From contig CANLEQ010000007.1 of assembly GCA_947489705.1 (NCBI GenBank), positions 93,937 to 157,936 of the forward strand: a stretch of 64,000 bases of DNA, given 5' to 3'. Made by a program: the position numbers and the translations under genes. Below the pieces are notes generated by a model, which was not told the origin of the DNA, did no database searches, and saw only the letters and a program-made list of their open reading frames with translations. Each line of letters starts with the position of its first letter. The stretch's first letter is position 1. Positions 59,497 to 64,000 of this stretch are shown here, piece after piece. This DNA is from an uncultured Rhodobacteraceae bacterium. Its GTDB lineage: Bacteria > Pseudomonadota > Alphaproteobacteria > Rhodobacterales > Rhodobacteraceae.

Positions 59497-59543
59497 CCCG
59501 TCCGGCTCGGCGGGGCAGGCTTCGGCCGGTTCGCGGCAATCGA

Positions 59544-60425
59544 TCAGGCGCGGTCGAACGCGTCGAACGTCGCCTTCATGCGCTCCGCGCTCGCGCGGCG
59601 CCCGGTGAAGAGTTCGAACGCCCGGACCGCCTGGAACACCGCCATGCCCGATCCGGGCAGCACGCGGCATCCTCGCGCGCGGGCCTCGGCCAGCAGCGTC
59701 GTCTCGAGCGGGAAATAGACGATGTCGACCACCCATTGCGAAGGCCGCAGCAGATCGGTGTCGATGGCGGCCCCCGGCAACTTGGCCATGCCCATGGGCG
59801 TGGCGTTGACGATTCCGTCGGGGCGATCGTCTTCGTAGAGCACGGCGGCATCCGTGACCGCACGGGCATGACAGCCGGGGCAGTTTCGCGAGACCTGACG
59901 CGCGAGAGCGACGGCGCGTTCGGGATCGACATCGAGGATCGAAAGCCGCGCGACACCGCATCCGGCAAGCGCATGGGCGACGGCGACCCCTGCCCCGCCC
60001 GCGCCGAGCAGCAGCACGTGGTCGCTCGACACGCCGGAGAGCCCCGTGCGAAAGGCCTCGGCAAAGCCCCAGAGATCGGTATTGTGCCCGATCCGCGCTC
60101 CGCCGCGGAAGATCACGGTGTTCACCGCACCCACGGCACGCGCATCGTCGGAGAGCGCGGTCAAGTGATCGAGCACGCCGATCTTGAAGGGATAGGTGAT
60201 GTTGAGGCCGGCAAGCCCTTCGGCCTCCGCACTGTCGAGAACCGCCCCCAGATCGGCGCCGTCATGGCGGGGATCGTCGAAGTCGATCAGTCGATAGCGC
60301 GCGCTCATACCCTGCGCGCGCGCTTCGGCTTCGTGCATCGCGGGCGTCCGCGACAAGGCGATCCCGCGACCCACCAGGGCGGCTTCGAACCCGTCCGCGG
60401 GCGGATCGCGGGCGTCCTCCATCAT
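59544..60425 (-). CDS. aroE: Shikimate/quinate dehydrogenase family protein
   Basis: SRTPAMHE, NITYPFK, GAVNT, NTD, GAGGAG, NATPMGM, DIVYFPLET. Confidence 0.9.
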   Translation of the reverse strand: MMEDARDPPADGFEAALVGRGIALSRTPAMHEAEARAQGMSARYRLIDFDDPRHDGADLGAVLDSAEAEGLAGLNITYPFKIGVLDHLTALSDDARAVGAVNTVIFRGGARIGHNTDLWGFAEAFRTGLSGVSSDHVLLLGAGGAGVAVAHALAGCGVARLSILDVDPERAVALARQVSRNCPGCHARAVTDAAVLYEDDRPDGIVNATPMGMAKLPGAAIDTDLLRPSQWVVDIVYFPLETTLLAEARARGCRVLPGSGMAVFQAVRAFELFTGRRASAERMKATFDAFDRA

Positions 60426-60471
60426 CTGTCCTCCGGCGCTTCGGCCAATCCGGCCCCGACCGCCCCGTCGG

Positions 60472-61398
60472 TCATGGCTTGATCACGATGCGGCCGTCTT
60501 CGCCCGACGTCCAGGCCGACCAGTATCCCCCCCATCGCTTGACCAGCGCCTTATTCCGTTCGGCCAGCGCAACGCGCCCAAGGGCGAACGCATGGTCGCA
60601 CAGTGTCTCCTTGCGGTCGCGGATCAGGGCGCCGAACGCGTCGAGATCGGCGCTCGCACCGAAATCCTCCGGGGCGTCGCGCAGCCGCGCCTCGAGCACG
60701 GCCAGATCGTGATGATCGCCCAGGACGTCGGAAAGATCATCGAAAGCGTCGGCATGCGGGTCCATCATCGCGGGCAGCGTCCCACCGACAAGGCGCGTGT
60801 GGTACCAGTGGTATTTCACCCGCTTGCGCCAATCATGCAGGGCTGTGTCGTCCCGGATCGACCACGCCTTCTGCATCTGCAGGCGCGCGCGCTTGTGGGT
60901 CCGGCCCAGGCCACCGGCGATCGCGTCGAACCCGTCATCCGTGAGCGTCCATGTCGCGGCGCGCTTTCGGGCGGCCTTCATTTCGCTGCGGAAGCGCTGC
61001 ATCCGGTCCTGCGTCTCCGGGTCGCGGCGCATCCGGTTGGCATCCCGGGTCAGACGCGCGCGGATGGCGGCGAAATCACGGCGGTCGATCCGATCCTCGA
61101 AATGGGCGGTTACGGCATCGTAGGTCTGTATCAGGGTCCGGGCATCGCGCATGCCCGAGATGAGCCGCGCCGCGTCGCGGAACGCCCGGTTCTCGACCTC
61201 GTAGCCGTGGAAGGCCGGGCGGACGAGCCGGACCAGCCCCCGCAGCTTCTTACAGCGTTTGCGGACCTGATGCACCTTCTCCGCGTAGTCCAGGTTCGCG
61301 TCGTCGATCTCGTCCAGGGCGCGGCCGAGCTGTTCGTCCGCGATCCGGCGCATGGCGTCCTGAACCGAGGCGTCGCCCTTCTTGATGCGGTAGGCCAT
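60472..61398 (-). CDS. CHAD domain protein (polyphosphate-binding)
   Basis: VHQVRKRCKKLR, RD, LHDWRKRVK..WY, LGDHHD. Confidence 0.9.
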   Translation of the reverse strand: MAYRIKKGDASVQDAMRRIADEQLGRALDEIDDANLDYAEKVHQVRKRCKKLRGLVRLVRPAFHGYEVENRAFRDAARLISGMRDARTLIQTYDAVTAHFEDRIDRRDFAAIRARLTRDANRMRRDPETQDRMQRFRSEMKAARKRAATWTLTDDGFDAIAGGLGRTHKRARLQMQKAWSIRDDTALHDWRKRVKYHWYHTRLVGGTLPAMMDPHADAFDDLSDVLGDHHDLAVLEARLRDAPEDFGASADLDAFGALIRDRKETLCDHAFALGRVALAERNKALVKRWGGYWSAWTSGEDGRIVIKP

Positions 61399-61453
61399 CC
61401 TCTTCGCTCTCCGGTTGGGCGGCATCGCGATCCGCTGGGGGTACCGGGACAGG

Positions 61454-61478
61454 AACGCCGCCGTCGCGGACGGGTTCA
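61454..61478 (-). promoter_or_regulatory. Putative EcfG promoter
   Basis: Minus-strand TGAAC-N16-CGTT upstream of the CHAD gene. Confidence 0.5.
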
Positions 61479-61522
61479 CCCAGCCGGTGGTGACCGCCTC
61501 GGAAAGCCCGGCCCGAGGGGGT

Positions 61523-62992
61523 TCATCGCGACAGATAGCTGCGCAGCGCCGCTTCGGTTCCGTCGGACCAGATCAGCCCGAGCCAGCGGTCGAACGCGTC
61601 GGCGAAAGGCGGGCGGTCGGCAAGATCGCCGTACCAGCGCCGCTGCTCCAGCCAGGCGCGCGGACGCTCTTTGGCCTCGGCCGCCGCGGCCTGGAGCGCG
61701 TCCCAGTGGGGATCGTTCGGCTCGATCGTGGAGCCATCTTCCCGCGTGCCCTCGCACATGCGCGCCCAGAGTGCCTCGGCCAGCGCCATTCCCTCGACCG
61801 ATGCGTTCGCCTCGAGGGCATCGCGCAGAACGGGCAGATTGAAGCCGGTATGCCGCGAGGAGCCGTCGAAGGCCACGCGGCGGGTCGTGTCGCGGATCTC
61901 GGCGTTGGAAAACCGCTGCTCGATCAGGTCGATATAGGCCGAAGGGGTCATTCCCGGAACGGGATGGACATGGGGCGCGATCTCCTCGGTCTCGATCTTG
62001 CGGAAAAGTCCGTGAATGAGCGGATGCGCCATGCAGTCGGCGATGGTCTCGACCGAGAGGATCTCGCCGGGATTGGCGATGATCTGGTGGCCGCCGTTGA
62101 GAATGCGGATCTTCATCGCCTCGTAGGAATGGACGTCGTCGGTCAGGGTCGCACCGACATCCTCCCAGGCCGGCCTGCCGGCGCAGAACCGGTCCTCGAT
62201 CACCCATTGGCGAAAGTTCTCGTGCGTGACCGGGGCCTTGTCGTCCACGCCGAAGTCGCGCGCGAGGGCGAGCTCCGACTGGCCGGTCGCCGGCACGATG
62301 CAATCGACCATCGAATTGGGGAAGGTGCAATTTGTGTCGATCCAGTCGGCGAGATCGGGATCGGAAAGGCGCGCGAGGCCCACCACCGTCTGGCGCAGGA
62401 TCTCGCCGTTGCCCTGCAGGTTGTCGCAGGACTGGCAGGTGAAGGGTCCGGTTCCGGCCTCGCGGCGCAGGCGCAGCGCCTCGACCATCGCGCCGAAGGC
62501 TGTCTTGGGCGCGCGCGGCGTCTCGGCATCGTGCCGAATGTCGTCATGGCCCGCGTCCAGTGCCCCGTCGGCATCCTGAAAATACCCCCCTTCCGTCACC
62601 GTCAGCGAGACGATGCGGATCGCGGGATCGGCCATCTGCGCGACGAGCGGCGCGTTGTCGTCGGCCACCGGCACGTAGTCGATCATCGCGCCAGTAACCT
62701 CGGCGGATTTGCCGGACGGGTCGAGCTCGATCAGGGTGGTGAGGCAATCCTGCGCCAACAGCTTCTCGCGGGTCTGTGCGTCGGCGGGGCGCACGCCGGC
62801 ACCGACGATGGCCCAGTCCTGCGCCTGCCCCCGATCCATGAGCCGGTGCAGATACCATGCCTGGTGGGCACGATGAAAATTGCCCAGACCGATATGGACG
62901 ATGCCCGGCGTCATCGCCGCGCGATCGTAGGAGGGGACGCGGATCCCGTCCGGCAGGTCGGTCAATGTGGCGTTGGAAAGGGGGATGGTCAT
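61523..62992 (-). CDS. mtlK: Mannitol 2-dehydrogenase
   Basis: HIGLGNFHRAHQA, SLTVTEGGY, SCDN, FPNSMVD.IVP, K.RILNGGH. Confidence 0.92.
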   Translation of the reverse strand: MTIPLSNATLTDLPDGIRVPSYDRAAMTPGIVHIGLGNFHRAHQAWYLHRLMDRGQAQDWAIVGAGVRPADAQTREKLLAQDCLTTLIELDPSGKSAEVTGAMIDYVPVADDNAPLVAQMADPAIRIVSLTVTEGGYFQDADGALDAGHDDIRHDAETPRAPKTAFGAMVEALRLRREAGTGPFTCQSCDNLQGNGEILRQTVVGLARLSDPDLADWIDTNCTFPNSMVDCIVPATGQSELALARDFGVDDKAPVTHENFRQWVIEDRFCAGRPAWEDVGATLTDDVHSYEAMKIRILNGGHQIIANPGEILSVETIADCMAHPLIHGLFRKIETEEIAPHVHPVPGMTPSAYIDLIEQRFSNAEIRDTTRRVAFDGSSRHTGFNLPVLRDALEANASVEGMALAEALWARMCEGTREDGSTIEPNDPHWDALQAAAAEAKERPRAWLEQRRWYGDLADRPPFADAFDRWLGLIWSDGTEAALRSYLSR

Positions 62993-63168
62993 GGTCAAAC
63001 CTCGGGGTTCTTCGGGGGCCGAAGCCGGCATGTCCGCCGGGCCGCGGCCTGGTTGTTCGTCCGGGCGATGCCGCCTGCGGCACCCGCCGCGAGGATCGCG
63101 ACGCCGACATGCGCCGTCGCGATCGATGGGCCTCGTCCCTGCCGCGGAGCGCGCCGCGGTTCAAGGCG

Positions 63169-64000
<832 letters not shown>

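Noticed and set aside
57654..60482. 942-aa ORF overlapping maeB and aroE
   Set aside because: Low-complexity Arg/Gly/Ala shadow frame typical of high-GC DNA
62993..63168. Possible smoS pseudogene remnant
   Set aside because: No recognisable SDR motifs seen in manual translation of the gap

Overview
High-GC alphaproteobacterial chromosomal DNA. Gene order (DUF952-pyrD-dinF-paaI-paaI-merR-merR-acd-gst-thiolase-fadJ; upp-add-deoB-deoA-cdd-maeB) points to Rhodobacteraceae/Roseobacteraceae (inference from recalled synteny). The left ~36 kb is accessory. It holds the end of a Rieske N-demethylase/reductase pair, a LysR + SDR + split transketolase unit, and a 12.6-kb glycan locus (Wzx flippase, five glycosyltransferases, UDP-glucuronate decarboxylase, GT-C-like membrane protein, UGM/HemY-like flavoprotein). 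That glycan locus unexpectedly carries a carboxy-SAM synthase (CmoA)-like gene immediately followed by an atypical FkbM-family transferase. Next come a cyoABCD quinol oxidase joined to a three-subunit gluconate 2-dehydrogenase-type enzyme and YdeP, an orphan TRAP binding protein with denD and gntR, and a His-rich MacB-type ABC operon with three periplasmic metal-binding candidates. The right ~28 kb is mostly core metabolism (pyrimidine, fatty acid/branched-chain acyl-CoA, nucleoside salvage, malic enzyme, polyol). It includes a Mur box, a LiuR box, several EcfG-type promoters and a structured intergenic ncRNA candidate at ~46.0-46.3 kb. No rRNA, tRNA, CRISPR array, transposase or integrase was seen. 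Top lead: a possible Cx-SAM-dependent glycan carboxymethylation module at 6658-8267. All assignments come from reading the sequence and recalled family motifs; no searches were run.
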